Made by a program: the position numbers and the translations under genes. DNA of 64,000 nucleotides from Bacteriovoracaceae bacterium (GTDB taxonomy: Bacteria > Bdellovibrionota > Bacteriovoracia > Bacteriovoracales > Bacteriovoracaceae): assembly GCA_048270185.1 (NCBI GenBank), contig JBLWTJ010000001.1, positions 352,001 to 416,000 of the forward strand. The letters are read 5' to 3'. The notes under the pieces are model-generated. The model saw nothing but the letters and a program-made list of their open reading frames with translations. It was not told where the DNA came from and searched no databases. Shown here piece by piece: positions 30,197-40,146 of the stretch (the first letter of the stretch is position 1; the number at the start of each line of letters is the position of its first letter).

Positions 30197-31060
30197 ATGT
30201 GTAACAAGAGCTATTCACTAAAGAATTTAAATAAAACAAACACGGCCTTCATCCTTCTAACACCGGTTGTAGCAATTGCAGGGACACTTGCATGGCTTAA
30301 AGTTGACGGTTTTGATTGGAAGATCATGGCCCTTGCCCTTGCCTTCAATATTGCAACGGGACTGGGAATTACAATGGGCTATCACCGCCTATTCTCACAC
30401 CGTTCTTATCAAGCAAGTTGGCCAGTAAGACTAATCCTGCTTATTTTTGGAGCAGGTGCCGTTCAGAATTCGGCCCTAAAATGGTGTAACGATCACAGAG
30501 TTCATCATGGAAAAGTTGATACAGAACTTGACCCTTATAATATTAATGAAGGATTCTTCTATGCACACATGGGTTGGATTCTTTTGGCAGAAGAAGTAAA
30601 GGACTATAAGTACTCAAAGGATCTCTTAAAAGACCCAATGGTTTTATTCCAGCACAAATTCTATCTACCAATTGTTATCCTATTTAGCTTCCTTCTACCA
30701 GCGTATTTAGGACATGTTATTGCAGGTTCTTGGCTGGGCGGACTATTTGTTGCAGGATTTGCAAGAGTTGTCTTTGTCCACCACTGCACATTCTTTATCA
30801 ATTCACTATGCCACGTTATCGGTAATCGTCCATACGATAAGAAACAAACAGCACGTGATAGCTGGATTATGGCCATCTTCACATTTGGAGAGGGTTACCA
30901 TAATTTTCACCACACTTTCCAAGCAGATTACCGCAATGGAATAAAATGGTACCACTTTGATCCAGGCAAGTGGCTAATCAGAACACTAAGCTTTACTGGA
31001 CTTGCGTGGAATTTAAAGCGTACAAGACCAGAATTGATTAGGGCAAAACTCCAGGCCTAA
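30197..31060 (+). CDS. Delta-9 acyl-CoA/lipid desaturase
   Basis: His boxes HRLFSH, HRVHH and HNFHH. Confidence 0.93.
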   Translation: MCNKSYSLKNLNKTNTAFILLTPVVAIAGTLAWLKVDGFDWKIMALALAFNIATGLGITMGYHRLFSHRSYQASWPVRLILLIFGAGAVQNSALKWCNDHRVHHGKVDTELDPYNINEGFFYAHMGWILLAEEVKDYKYSKDLLKDPMVLFQHKFYLPIVILFSFLLPAYLGHVIAGSWLGGLFVAGFARVVFVHHCTFFINSLCHVIGNRPYDKKQTARDSWIMAIFTFGEGYHNFHHTFQADYRNGIKWYHFDPGKWLIRTLSFTGLAWNLKRTRPELIRAKLQA

Positions 31061-31075
31061 TTCCTAATAAACACT

Positions 31076-31108
31076 AAGGCGTGCCTGTTTGCGAGCACGC
31101 CTTTTTTT
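31076..31108 (+). terminator. Intrinsic terminator
   Basis: AAGGCGTGC-N10-GCACGCCTT followed by a T-run. Confidence 0.85.
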
Positions 31109-31150
31109 CCTCATCTTACCCCCTATAAAATTCTAAGTTAAAATGAATTC

Positions 31151-32107
31151 ATGTTTTTACTTAAGCAAGAAGACTGTGGACATAGTTTTAATCTGGATGA
31201 AGAATTCTTTGAAAACTTCACCTCAATTCATACACGCAAGTCCTATTTGAATGATATCAATCAATTCTTAGCTTGGATTGAAGACTATTATAAAATTAAC
31301 GCATTTGACGATATTGAAAGAATCCATGTCATCAAGTATCGAAACTACTTAAGTGAGTTTGGAGGCCATAATCAAAATGCTTCCACTCCAAAAACAATTA
31401 ACCGAAAACTTGCAAGTCTTAGTGCTTTTTTTAAATACCTTGTTGAAAAAAATCATCTTAAGGCCAACCCTGTATCCAGTGTTAGACGTCCACGTAGTGA
31501 GGTTAAATCCCCAACAAATGCCTTAAATAAAGAACAAGTGTTGGATCTCTTCTATCACATGGGGCAAAACCAAAATAGCAAGTATCTTCACCTTGCCCTC
31601 TTTGTTACTTTCTTTACAACAGGACTAAGAAAGAGCGAGATTTTAAATTTACGTTTTAAAGATTACCAAAAGCAAGGTGCAAATATGGTTTTGCAATATC
31701 GTGCCAAGGGTGGAAAGCTTGGAAAGAAGTTTTTAAATCCAGTAGCAGTTAAGGCCATCGAAGAATATATTGATTGGATGAATGAGAATAAACGTGAAAC
31801 CGGAGATAACGATTGGCTATTCCAACCAACACGTAATCCAAGTGATCCCCAAAATTTAAATAAACCACTTAATCCAAGAACAATTAACGAACTCCTTGAT
31901 CGTTATGCAAAGAAAGCTGGTATAGGCTTTAAAATCACTCCTCACTCTGCCAGAGCAACTTTCATTGGCGAGCTTCTTGAAATCGGTGTTGATATATACA
32001 CTATAGCAGTCGAAGTCGGGCACGCATCCGTTAAGACGACAGGAGAATACGATAAGAGACGTAACAAAATTAAGGAATCTCCGGCCTTAAAATTAACTTG
32101 GGAATAG
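31151..32107 (+). CDS. Tyrosine recombinase (Xer/integrase family)
   Basis: N-terminal SAM-like domain (TINRKLASLSAFFKYL); catalytic motifs GLRKSE, HSAR, VGH and GEYD. Confidence 0.92.
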   Translation: MFLLKQEDCGHSFNLDEEFFENFTSIHTRKSYLNDINQFLAWIEDYYKINAFDDIERIHVIKYRNYLSEFGGHNQNASTPKTINRKLASLSAFFKYLVEKNHLKANPVSSVRRPRSEVKSPTNALNKEQVLDLFYHMGQNQNSKYLHLALFVTFFTTGLRKSEILNLRFKDYQKQGANMVLQYRAKGGKLGKKFLNPVAVKAIEEYIDWMNENKRETGDNDWLFQPTRNPSDPQNLNKPLNPRTINELLDRYAKKAGIGFKITPHSARATFIGELLEIGVDIYTIAVEVGHASVKTTGEYDKRRNKIKESPALKLTWE

Positions 32108-32144
32108 TCCTTTTCAATTTTTCGCACCCCATCGTTCGTATATT

Positions 32145-32194
32145 TTCACAAGATATAGTAGTGTCAAAAATTCTACGGCCACAATATATGGTAT
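32145..32194 (+). promoter_or_regulatory. Tandem NrdR boxes
   Basis: CACAAGATATAGT (32147) and CACAATATATGGT (32180), 33 bp apart, upstream of nrdBA; resemble the acaCwAtATaTwGtg consensus. Confidence 0.75.
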
Positions 32195-32544
32195 GAACAC
32201 ATTGTGTTAGAACCTACTGAAACATCTAAAAAATAGATGACAGAAATTTTTAGATGAAGATTTTATACCAGAAAAAATATTGTCAATTCTTCTCTACACC
32301 CTATTTAATAGGCTCTAAAAGACATACCTAGACAATCAAGTATAAAAATTAGAGTTCGTCTCAAATAAAGTCAAAAACATGACCCGTTGTATGTTGATAT
32401 TAAACCCTCAAAACCATAAACTAAATTAGAACACACAACACGATCTTTTATTAATACAAAACTAAGAGATTTATATTTATTTTTATGAAACTTAAGTTGC
32501 ATGCAAACGCACACACGGCATTTGTAAAAGTTAAGGAGGAACTT

Positions 32545-33516
32545 GTGACTTCAAAAATTCTAGCAGAAAACGAAGACAGATTTGTTCTATTTCCAATTGA
32601 ATACAATTCAATCTGGGAAATGTACAAAAGACACATGGCGGTTTTTTGGACAGCTGAAGAAATCGACTTAGAACAGGACTTAACAGACTGGGAAAAGTTA
32701 AATGACAACGAGAGACACTTTATCACTCACGTTCTTGCATTCTTTGCAGCAAGTGACGGGATTGTTAATGAAAACCTAGCGGTACGTTTTTACAATGACG
32801 TTCAAAACCCAGAAGCGAGATGCTTCTACGGTTTCCAAATCGCAATGGAAAATATTCACTCGGAAACTTACTCACTTCTTATCGACACTTACGTAAAAGA
32901 CGCTAAAGAAAAAGATCGTCTTTTCCACGCTGTTGATCACTTTGAGCCAGTTAAGAAAAAAGCTGATTGGGCCATGAAGTGGTTACGTGCAAAAAATACG
33001 TTTGCCGAAAGACTAGTAGCATTTGCAGCGATCGAAGGTATCTTCTTCTCTGGATCTTTCTGCTCTATTTTCTGGTTAAAGAAAAGAGGGCTTATGCCAG
33101 GTCTATGTACTTCTAACGAGTTTATTTCTCGTGATGAAGGGCTACACTGTGAATTTGCAGTACTTCTACACTCACTACTTGATAAAGAAGAGCAATGTAC
33201 GAAGGAAACAATTAAATCAATTATCACTGAAGCAGTAGAAATTGAAAAAGAATTCATCTCTGAAGCAATTCCTGTTTCACTAATTGGTATGAATGCTGAT
33301 CTAATGAAACAATATATTGAATTCGTAGCAGACTTCTGGATGCAACAATTCGGACTTGAAACTCACTATGGTTCAGCAAACCCATTTGACTGGATGGAGC
33401 TAATCTCACTAGAAGGAAAGACTAACTTCTTTGAAAAGAGAGTTTCTGAATACCAAAGACCAGGTATTCTTTCAGAAAAATCAGAAAACACTTTCACATT
33501 AGACGCGGAGTTTTAA
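32545..33516 (+). CDS. nrdB: Class Ia ribonucleotide reductase, beta subunit (eukaryote-like)
   Basis: AAGGAGG SD before GTG 32545; [20 protein letters not shown] and RDEGLH motifs; C-terminal FTLDAEF. Confidence 0.96.
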   Translation: MTSKILAENEDRFVLFPIEYNSIWEMYKRHMAVFWTAEEIDLEQDLTDWEKLNDNERHFITHVLAFFAASDGIVNENLAVRFYNDVQNPEARCFYGFQIAMENIHSETYSLLIDTYVKDAKEKDRLFHAVDHFEPVKKKADWAMKWLRAKNTFAERLVAFAAIEGIFFSGSFCSIFWLKKRGLMPGLCTSNEFISRDEGLHCEFAVLLHSLLDKEEQCTKETIKSIITEAVEIEKEFISEAIPVSLIGMNADLMKQYIEFVADFWMQQFGLETHYGSANPFDWMELISLEGKTNFFEKRVSEYQRPGILSEKSENTFTLDAEF

Positions 33517-33519
33517 GAA

Positions 33520-35889
33520 ATGTACGTACAAACGAGAAGTGGCGAAAGAGAGCCAATTAAATTTGATAAAATTACAGATAGAATTTCATCTCTAGCATTT
33601 GGTTTAGAGAATTCAGTTGACCCAACTTTAATTACTCAAAAAGTAATCGAAGGTATCTACGATGGGATTACAACTTCAGAACTAGATAACCTAGCAGCTG
33701 AAACAGCAGCATACCTTGCAACAAAGCACCCAGACTACAATGTACTTGCTGGACGTATTGCCGTTTCAAACCTTCACAAAGAAACAAAGGGATGTTTTTC
33801 TGAGAATGTTAAAGAAATGTATCACTACGTAAACGCTGCAACAGGTGAGCACGCTCCTCTTGTTTCAAAAGAACTTTATGAAACAGTAATGGAGAATGCT
33901 GAACTATTAGACAAAACTCTAGTTGATAAGCGTGACTTTGGTTATGACTACTTTGGTTTCAAAACTCTTCAAAGATCATACCTTCTAAAAATGGATGGAA
34001 AAATCGTTGAGAGACCAGGTCAAATGCTACTAAGAGTATCTGTTGGTATGCACATGAACGATATGGAAGCGGCCATTGAGACATATAACTTAATGAGTGA
34101 GAAATACTTCACACACGCAACTCCTACACTATTTAACTCGGGAACAAATAAGCCACAAATGTCTTCTTGTTTCCTACTAACAATGAAAGATGATTCAATT
34201 GATGGAATCTACGATACTCTAAAGCAAACTGCTCTTATTTCTCAGTCTGCAGGAGGGATCGGTCTATCAATCCACAATATCCGCGCAAAAGGTTCATTTA
34301 TTAAAGGAACTAACGGTACTTCGAACGGAATCGTTCCAATGCTTAAAGTCTTCAACGATACTGCTCGCTACGTAGATCAAGGAGGTGGAAAGCGTAAAGG
34401 TTCATTTGCAGTTTATCTTGAGCCATGGCACGCAGATATTTTTGAATTCTTAGAAATGAAGAAGAACACTGGTAAGGATGAGCAAAGAGCGCGTGACCTT
34501 TTCTACGCACTTTGGACTCCAGACTTATTCATGAAACGTGTTGAAGAAGATAAAGAGTGGTCATTATTTTGTCCACACGAGTGTCCAGGTTTAGCTGACT
34601 GTTATGGTGCTGAATTTGAGGCCCTATACACTCGCTATGAAAAAGAAGGTAAGGCCAAGAAAACAATTCGTGCCCAAGACCTTTGGTTTGCAGTTCTTGA
34701 ATCTCAAACTGAAACTGGTTCTCCTTATATGCTTTACAAGGATGCGGCCAATGAGAAGTCAAACCAGAAGAACCTTGGAACAATCAAGTCTTCTAACCTT
34801 TGTACTGAAATTCTTGAATACACAGCTCCAGATGAAGTTGCAGTTTGTAACTTAGCTTCTGTTGCTCTTAATAAATTTGTAAAGACTGATGCTGAAGGTA
34901 ATCCAACTTACGATCATGACCACCTTTACAAAGTTGTCTACAGAATGACGAAGAACCTTAACAGAGTAATTGATGTTAACTACTACCCAGTACCAGAAGC
35001 GCGTAACTCAAATATGAGACACCGTCCAGTTGGTCTTGGAGTACAAGGTCTTCAAGATACATTCTTTATGATGAGACTTCCATTTGAGTCTGAAGCTGCA
35101 CTTAAGCTAAACAACGATATCTTCGAAACGATCTACTTTGCAGCTGTTACTGCTTCAAAGGATCAAGCAAAGATCGACGGGCCATACTCAACTTATGAAG
35201 GTTCACCAATTTCACAAGGACAACTTCAGTTTGATATGTGGGGACACACTGAGCACTCAGGACGTTGGGACTGGGATGCACTAAAAGCGGAAATCAAAGA
35301 GCACGGGGTAAGAAACTCTCTTCTTGTTGCTCCAATGCCAACTGCTTCGACATCTCAAATTCTTGGAAATAACGAGTGTTTTGAACCGATTACATCAAAT
35401 ATCTATGTAAGACGTGTTCTTTCAGGTGAATTTGCAGTTGTTAATAAGTACTTAGTTCGCGACCTAATTGATCGTGGCGTGTGGGATGACAATATGAGAA
35501 ATGAAATCATTGCTAATAATGGTTCAATTCAATCAATTGAAAGAGTTCCAGAAGACTTAAAAGCACTATACAAAACTGTATGGGAAGTTAAACAAAAATC
35601 AGTAATTGATATGTCAGCAGGCCGCGGGCCTTATATTGACCAAGGTCAATCACTAAATATCCACATGGAAAACCCTAACTTCGGTAAACTTTCTTCAATG
35701 CACTTCTATGCTTGGAAGAAAGGACTTAAGACAGGAATGTACTATCTACGCTCACGTGCTGCAGTTAACGCTGTTCAGTTCACAGTTAAGAACGAAGAGA
35801 AGAAAACTCCTGAGCAACTTGAGCAAGAAGCGGCAGCAATGGTTTGTTCAATCGAGAACCCAGAAGATTGCCAAATGTGTGGAAGCTAG
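33520..35889 (+). CDS. nrdA: Class Ia ribonucleotide reductase, alpha subunit with ATP cone
   Basis: [11 protein letters not shown] cone; SSCFL, SNLCTE, VCNLAS and KTGMYY motifs; C-terminal CQMCGS. Confidence 0.97.
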   Translation: MYVQTRSGEREPIKFDKITDRISSLAFGLENSVDPTLITQKVIEGIYDGITTSELDNLAAETAAYLATKHPDYNVLAGRIAVSNLHKETKGCFSENVKEMYHYVNAATGEHAPLVSKELYETVMENAELLDKTLVDKRDFGYDYFGFKTLQRSYLLKMDGKIVERPGQMLLRVSVGMHMNDMEAAIETYNLMSEKYFTHATPTLFNSGTNKPQMSSCFLLTMKDDSIDGIYDTLKQTALISQSAGGIGLSIHNIRAKGSFIKGTNGTSNGIVPMLKVFNDTARYVDQGGGKRKGSFAVYLEPWHADIFEFLEMKKNTGKDEQRARDLFYALWTPDLFMKRVEEDKEWSLFCPHECPGLADCYGAEFEALYTRYEKEGKAKKTIRAQDLWFAVLESQTETGSPYMLYKDAANEKSNQKNLGTIKSSNLCTEILEYTAPDEVAVCNLASVALNKFVKTDAEGNPTYDHDHLYKVVYRMTKNLNRVIDVNYYPVPEARNSNMRHRPVGLGVQGLQDTFFMMRLPFESEAALKLNNDIFETIYFAAVTASKDQAKIDGPYSTYEGSPISQGQLQFDMWGHTEHSGRWDWDALKAEIKEHGVRNSLLVAPMPTASTSQILGNNECFEPITSNIYVRRVLSGEFAVVNKYLVRDLIDRGVWDDNMRNEIIANNGSIQSIERVPEDLKALYKTVWEVKQKSVIDMSAGRGPYIDQGQSLNIHMENPNFGKLSSMHFYAWKKGLKTGMYYLRSRAAVNAVQFTVKNEEKKTPEQLEQEAAAMVCSIENPEDCQMCGS

Positions 35890-35947
35890 GCCAAGAGCTT
35901 AGACAAAAATTAAAATAACGGTCCATGAAAGTGGCCCGATGCTAGAA

Positions 35948-35993
35948 GAAGGCCCAAGCGACGATTGATTGTCCCTTGGGTCTTCCTTTTTTT
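35948..35993 (+). terminator. Intrinsic terminator after nrdA
   Basis: GAAGGCCCAAG...CTTGGGTCTTC followed by a T-run. Confidence 0.7.
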
Positions 35994-36003
35994 AGGTAAC
36001 AGC

Positions 36004-36672
36004 ATGAATAAAGTAAAAGAAATCACAGTCAATCAAATCGAAGATAATTCAGAGTTTTGGAAGCAAGGATGGGAAAAAGGCTTCACGGGATTTCATCAAA
36101 ATGAATACAATCCAACCCTCCTCGAGTACTTTAAAGACAAAGACCTTAAAAATAAAACAATCTTTGTTCCACTGTGTGGAAAATCACTCGATATGATTTA
36201 TCTTGCAGAACTTGGGGCCAATGTCATTGGTGTAGAAATTGTAAAGGAACCAGTTGAGCAATTCTTCATCGAAAATAAACTCGACTACCAAATTGAAGGC
36301 AACAAGTATTCATCTAGCACACTTAATGGAAGAATAACCATCATCAATGATGACATCTTTAAGCTACAAGAACTAGGGGAAGTTCACTACCTCTATGACA
36401 GAGCATCAAATATTGCTCTTCCACAGTGCATTCGAGAAGATAAGTACTATCCAACAATAAAGAAGTTGATTACAGATAAAACAGGTATTCTGCTTTTAAC
36501 AATAGACCATGAAGGTAGCAGAGACTTTGGACCACCATATCCTGTAACAAAAGATGAAACACTACAACAGTATCCTGATCTTATCTTACAGAATGAAAGT
36601 ACAGTAAAATCACAAGATAGATTTCAAAAAGAAGGAATTGATAAAATACAAAGAATTATTTGGGCCAAATAA
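36004..36672 (+). CDS. Thiopurine S-methyltransferase family protein
   Basis: FW..GW..GFH, FVPLCGKSLDM, YDRA and GPPY motifs. Confidence 0.9.
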   Translation: MNKVKEITVNQIEDNSEFWKQGWEKGFTGFHQNEYNPTLLEYFKDKDLKNKTIFVPLCGKSLDMIYLAELGANVIGVEIVKEPVEQFFIENKLDYQIEGNKYSSSTLNGRITIINDDIFKLQELGEVHYLYDRASNIALPQCIREDKYYPTIKKLITDKTGILLLTIDHEGSRDFGPPYPVTKDETLQQYPDLILQNESTVKSQDRFQKEGIDKIQRIIWAK

Positions 36673-36689
36673 ATGGCCCAAAGATAATA

Positions 36690-37007
36690 TTAACCATCGC
36701 TCTTTTCAAGAAGATGTAAACACTCAAGTTCGTCGTAATCAAAATCTGAAAAATCTTCTAAACAAGTAGACAGAGCAGCTTGTAATTCAACTGACATTTC
36801 TGATCTTTCCTCGTCACTTATAACACCGTCGGCAGCAATTCGACCAGCTTCTTCATATTCGTTTGTTGTAAATAGATCAACGACTGCTTCAGTTGTCGTA
36901 TAAAAAGGTGCTACAGTGATAACTGTCGAAAGCTCCGATTCACTCATCCCTTCCGCAGACGCTGATAATCCAGTCAGCAAAGTAAGTGCTAATAGTAATT
37001 TCTTCAT
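36690..37007 (-). CDS. Small secreted acidic protein, DUF2388-like
   Basis: Signal peptide; Thr-rich segment; EAGRIAADG..LQAAL..DELE pattern resembles DUF2388; follows a DUF4105 gene. Confidence 0.55.
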   Translation of the reverse strand: MKKLLLALTLLTGLSASAEGMSESELSTVITVAPFYTTTEAVVDLFTTNEYEEAGRIAADGVISDEERSEMSVELQAALSTCLEDFSDFDYDELECLHLLEKSDG

Positions 37008-37025
37008 AAACTCTCCTTTTTGTTC

Positions 37026-38402
37026 TTATTTAAAGTCGTTCTTTGCAATTTTCATATAATGACCAATAAGTGTGATTTCACTTATGACATCGTTAAAATT
37101 ATTTTGATAAAACTCATTCATTTGTCTTGTGACCGTATTAGCAAGTGGAGACATTCCAAGCCTTGCACGTTGAGCATTTTGTGCAAGCCAATCTTTATAA
37201 CTACTTGCAAGTAAAAAAAATTTCTTTTGCTTTTTCTTATCCTTAAAATTTGATGCCGCCTTCATCATGTCGTCTTGTAATTTGACAAGGGCCATCTTCT
37301 CTAAAAAGATATATGAGTTTTTTATAAGAGATAAATTCGCTTTGGCCCTCTCTTTAGCAAGTAAAAATCTTTCCTCAACAGAGCTGGCATAATACTCTTC
37401 AATACTAGCAAAACCAATATTCCCTAAGTGATTGGCGACTAAACCTGATTTTTCTTTAAAGAATCGGTTCGGTGTCTTAGCAATAATTCCATCTCTTTTA
37501 AGATCTTTTAAAAGTCCTTTAGGCGTTAATGCATTTCCAACTAGTTTTTCCTTATCAATTGAAGCCTTCAAAATCTTGAGAGATTCTGTTGCACAATTTG
37601 ATGAAAAGAACTTGTAGCGTCCCATATTCTTATCAACATACAGCTTAGTAGCGTGGGCAATAAACCTTAGTTTATCTCGTTCAGAAATATTTAAGTCGTA
37701 TTGTTCTAAGTCTCTATACTCATCATAATTATATTTTTGCTTTACTTGAGCTAGTGTCATGAAATCAAGTTTAGTCGCATATCCACCGAAGATCCCCTTC
37801 AATAAGCCTGGCGAAAAATCATCCACATCTGCCGCAATACCGATAATGAATTCTGTTTGTTTTTTTAAAGGACAATTCTCGATATCTTCCTTACATGCTC
37901 TGATATAAAACATACTGTGGCCAAAGCGACTCATGGCACTTTCACCATTAGATGCCATTAGATAAGAGAGCTTAATAATACGGTTCTTATAAAAGCTTAT
38001 TTCTTTAAAACCAGAGTAAAGATTAACAAAAGTAGAAAAGTAATTGTCACACTTCACTGATTCATGAATATTCATTCCTGTAATATCAACAAAGAATTCA
38101 TAACGGGCCAAGTCTTCACATTTATAATTTTCTCGATTTAAAAATTGATTAAGATTATCTTCAAATTCTTCTCCAGGATTCTTAAAATGATTTCCTTCTT
38201 TAAGCGATCGATAAAAGACTTCTCGCTTGCGATCACCACCAGCTTTAATAGTTCTTATATATCTCTTCCAATTAGTTAGAGCTAAATACTGCTTTCTTTC
38301 AGTCTTAGTTAGCTCGCTAAAGCTTATAACTGAAGCTTGTGTTATCTCACTAAATAGCGTGAGAGCGATAATGAAAGGAGCTAAATACCTGAAGTAAATC
38401 AT
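37026..38402 (-). CDS. DUF4105 / Lnb N-terminal-like protein (papain-like His/Cys dyad)
   Basis: SRFGHSMF, GIFGGY, EYRDL and YKFFSSNCAT motifs; signal peptide. Confidence 0.82.
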   Translation of the reverse strand: MIYFRYLAPFIIALTLFSEITQASVISFSELTKTERKQYLALTNWKRYIRTIKAGGDRKREVFYRSLKEGNHFKNPGEEFEDNLNQFLNRENYKCEDLARYEFFVDITGMNIHESVKCDNYFSTFVNLYSGFKEISFYKNRIIKLSYLMASNGESAMSRFGHSMFYIRACKEDIENCPLKKQTEFIIGIAADVDDFSPGLLKGIFGGYATKLDFMTLAQVKQKYNYDEYRDLEQYDLNISERDKLRFIAHATKLYVDKNMGRYKFFSSNCATESLKILKASIDKEKLVGNALTPKGLLKDLKRDGIIAKTPNRFFKEKSGLVANHLGNIGFASIEEYYASSVEERFLLAKERAKANLSLIKNSYIFLEKMALVKLQDDMMKAASNFKDKKKQKKFFLLASSYKDWLAQNAQRARLGMSPLANTVTRQMNEFYQNNFNDVISEITLIGHYMKIAKNDFK

Positions 38403-38530
38403 TGTTATTATTTACAACAAATTAGCGCGTGAAGGCTTATTTTTGAAAAGAAGAAATCGACCGTCCAAGAACTGAACAGTCGCTTGTTTTATCGATAACT
38501 TAGACGGATTTGCAAGTCGTTTTGAAGTCC

Positions 38531-39385
38531 TTAATTTGCATTTGCGCTGGCCTGAACAAAGCTATAGTAGAAAACAGCATTAGGATCATTTGAAACTCGC
38601 TTAAGCTCAACCTTCATTTCATCGACAGTTTGCTGATCGACCCTTCCCTCTTTAACAAGCTGAGGGGCCGCAGATAAAAGAAGTTCACACCAATAATCGA
38701 TAAACTCCTTTCTCTTATCAGGACGTCGATTATCAAGATGCCAAGTCTTTGATTCAACCTTAATATTTCTAAAGCCTTGTTGCATAAGAAGGTTACCAAG
38801 CTTTGCTCCAATAAATGGGTCTCCACCCATATCGTATTGATAATCATTAAAGGCCTGCCAATACTTCCAAGTGCTAGGAGAATATGGATCAAGTAAGAAG
38901 CTTGAATTCATCACTTCTGTAATATAGATTCGGCCACCAGGACGTAAAACTCTTCTTGCTTCTGAAAGAACTTTTGCAGGCTCTGGTACGTGCTCAAGAA
39001 TCCAACAAAGAAAGGCACCATCAAATTTATGGGAATCAAAAGTTAAATTTGTGGCATCCATTTGATGAAGAGTGAAACGATTCTTAAAGGAACCATTCAA
39101 TGTTTCACCAAGAAATTCTTTTGCCGAAGCAAGTTGATGCTCACTTCGATCAACACATGTAATATGCATTTCAGGAAAGCGTCTTAGTAAGATCTCAGTT
39201 TGAGCACCAACACCACTTCCTATTTCCACTAATTCTTTGACGCGAGAAAGATTAATATCTTTATAGACTGTCTGCTCTGCAAACCTTGCTTGTGCGCGAA
39301 GGCGATCTTGTTCGGCCTTATCAAAGCCGTGTAAATATGGGAACTCACTTGGATTTATTTTATTATCATTACTATTATTAGACAT
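38531..39385 (-). CDS. Class I SAM-dependent methyltransferase
   Basis: YLHG..EQDRL, EIGSGVG, LEHVP and VLRPGG motifs. Confidence 0.9.
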   Translation of the reverse strand: MSNNSNDNKINPSEFPYLHGFDKAEQDRLRAQARFAEQTVYKDINLSRVKELVEIGSGVGAQTEILLRRFPEMHITCVDRSEHQLASAKEFLGETLNGSFKNRFTLHQMDATNLTFDSHKFDGAFLCWILEHVPEPAKVLSEARRVLRPGGRIYITEVMNSSFLLDPYSPSTWKYWQAFNDYQYDMGGDPFIGAKLGNLLMQQGFRNIKVESKTWHLDNRRPDKRKEFIDYWCELLLSAAPQLVKEGRVDQQTVDEMKVELKRVSNDPNAVFYYSFVQASANAN

Positions 39386-39480
39386 AATCTACCTCAATAA
39401 AGTTTAGAAGATTATAACATGGATGGCCCTTATGTAATAGATTTGCTAAATTAGGGCCAAATAATTAAACGGAGTATGAT

Positions 39481-40056
39481 ATGCAATTAATATTAGGTAG
39501 TTCTTCACAGTTTCGCCAAGCACAACTAAAGCAGTTAGGTTTAGAGTTTAGCTGTGTATCCCCAAATATTGATGAAGAAGCAATTAAGACTCAAGGCCTA
39601 ACTCCATATGAAGTCTCACGTGAGTTATCACTCCAAAAAGCACAGGAAGTTTTAAAGTCAAATCCAAACGCTATCATCATTGGTGGCGATCAAGTCTTAA
39701 ACTTTAAGGGCGAAATATTCAATAAACCAGAAACAATTGAAAATGCAATTAATCACCTAAAGAAGCTTCAGGGTGAAACCCATGAGCTAATCACTAGCAT
39801 TGCCGTTATCACAAATGAAAAAACTATTGTTGAAACTGTTGTTTCAAAAATGAAGATGAAGGCCCTAACTGATGCACAAATCAAAAATTATGTCCTAGCG
39901 GATGAGCCACTATGGAGCTGTGGTGCTTACAAGCTAGAAACACTTGGAATCGCTTTATTCGAAGAGATCGAGTGTCCTGACCACTCTTCAATTATTGGGC
40001 TTCCCCTAATGGCCCTAACAAGAATCCTGGAAGACTTTGGAATTAAAGTACTCTAA
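39481..40056 (+). CDS. maf: Maf-family nucleoside triphosphate pyrophosphatase
   Basis: LILGSSS.FR, IDE, GGDQ, KP, GAY and IIGLP motifs. Confidence 0.9.
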   Translation: MQLILGSSSQFRQAQLKQLGLEFSCVSPNIDEEAIKTQGLTPYEVSRELSLQKAQEVLKSNPNAIIIGGDQVLNFKGEIFNKPETIENAINHLKKLQGETHELITSIAVITNEKTIVETVVSKMKMKALTDAQIKNYVLADEPLWSCGAYKLETLGIALFEEIECPDHSSIIGLPLMALTRILEDFGIKVL

Positions 40057-40090
40057 ACTACTAATATCTAAAGGATTACATTAATCTGAC

Positions 40091-40118
40091 TCAATAACTC
40101 CACTAAGTATGCCGATAA
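40091..40118 (+). promoter_or_regulatory. Sigma28-type promoter
   Basis: TCAA-N16-GCCGATAA (perfect -10 box). Confidence 0.7.
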
Positions 40119-40146
40119 AGTGAATTGAAATACCTGTGGGGGAAAA

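Noticed and set aside
31151..32107. Integron integrase or prophage/island boundary
   Set aside because: No IntI-specific insertion, attC-like cassettes, tRNA, direct repeats or cargo genes; both flanks are housekeeping genes
32485..32544. ATG 32485 as the nrdB start
   Set aside because: AAGGAGG lies directly before GTG 32545, where the recognisable protein begins
35919..35938. GAAA-tetraloop hairpin after nrdA resembling P2 of a c-di-GMP-I riboswitch
   Set aside because: Lacks the flanking GCAAA / GACGCAAA and P3 elements; likely part of the 3' UTR structure
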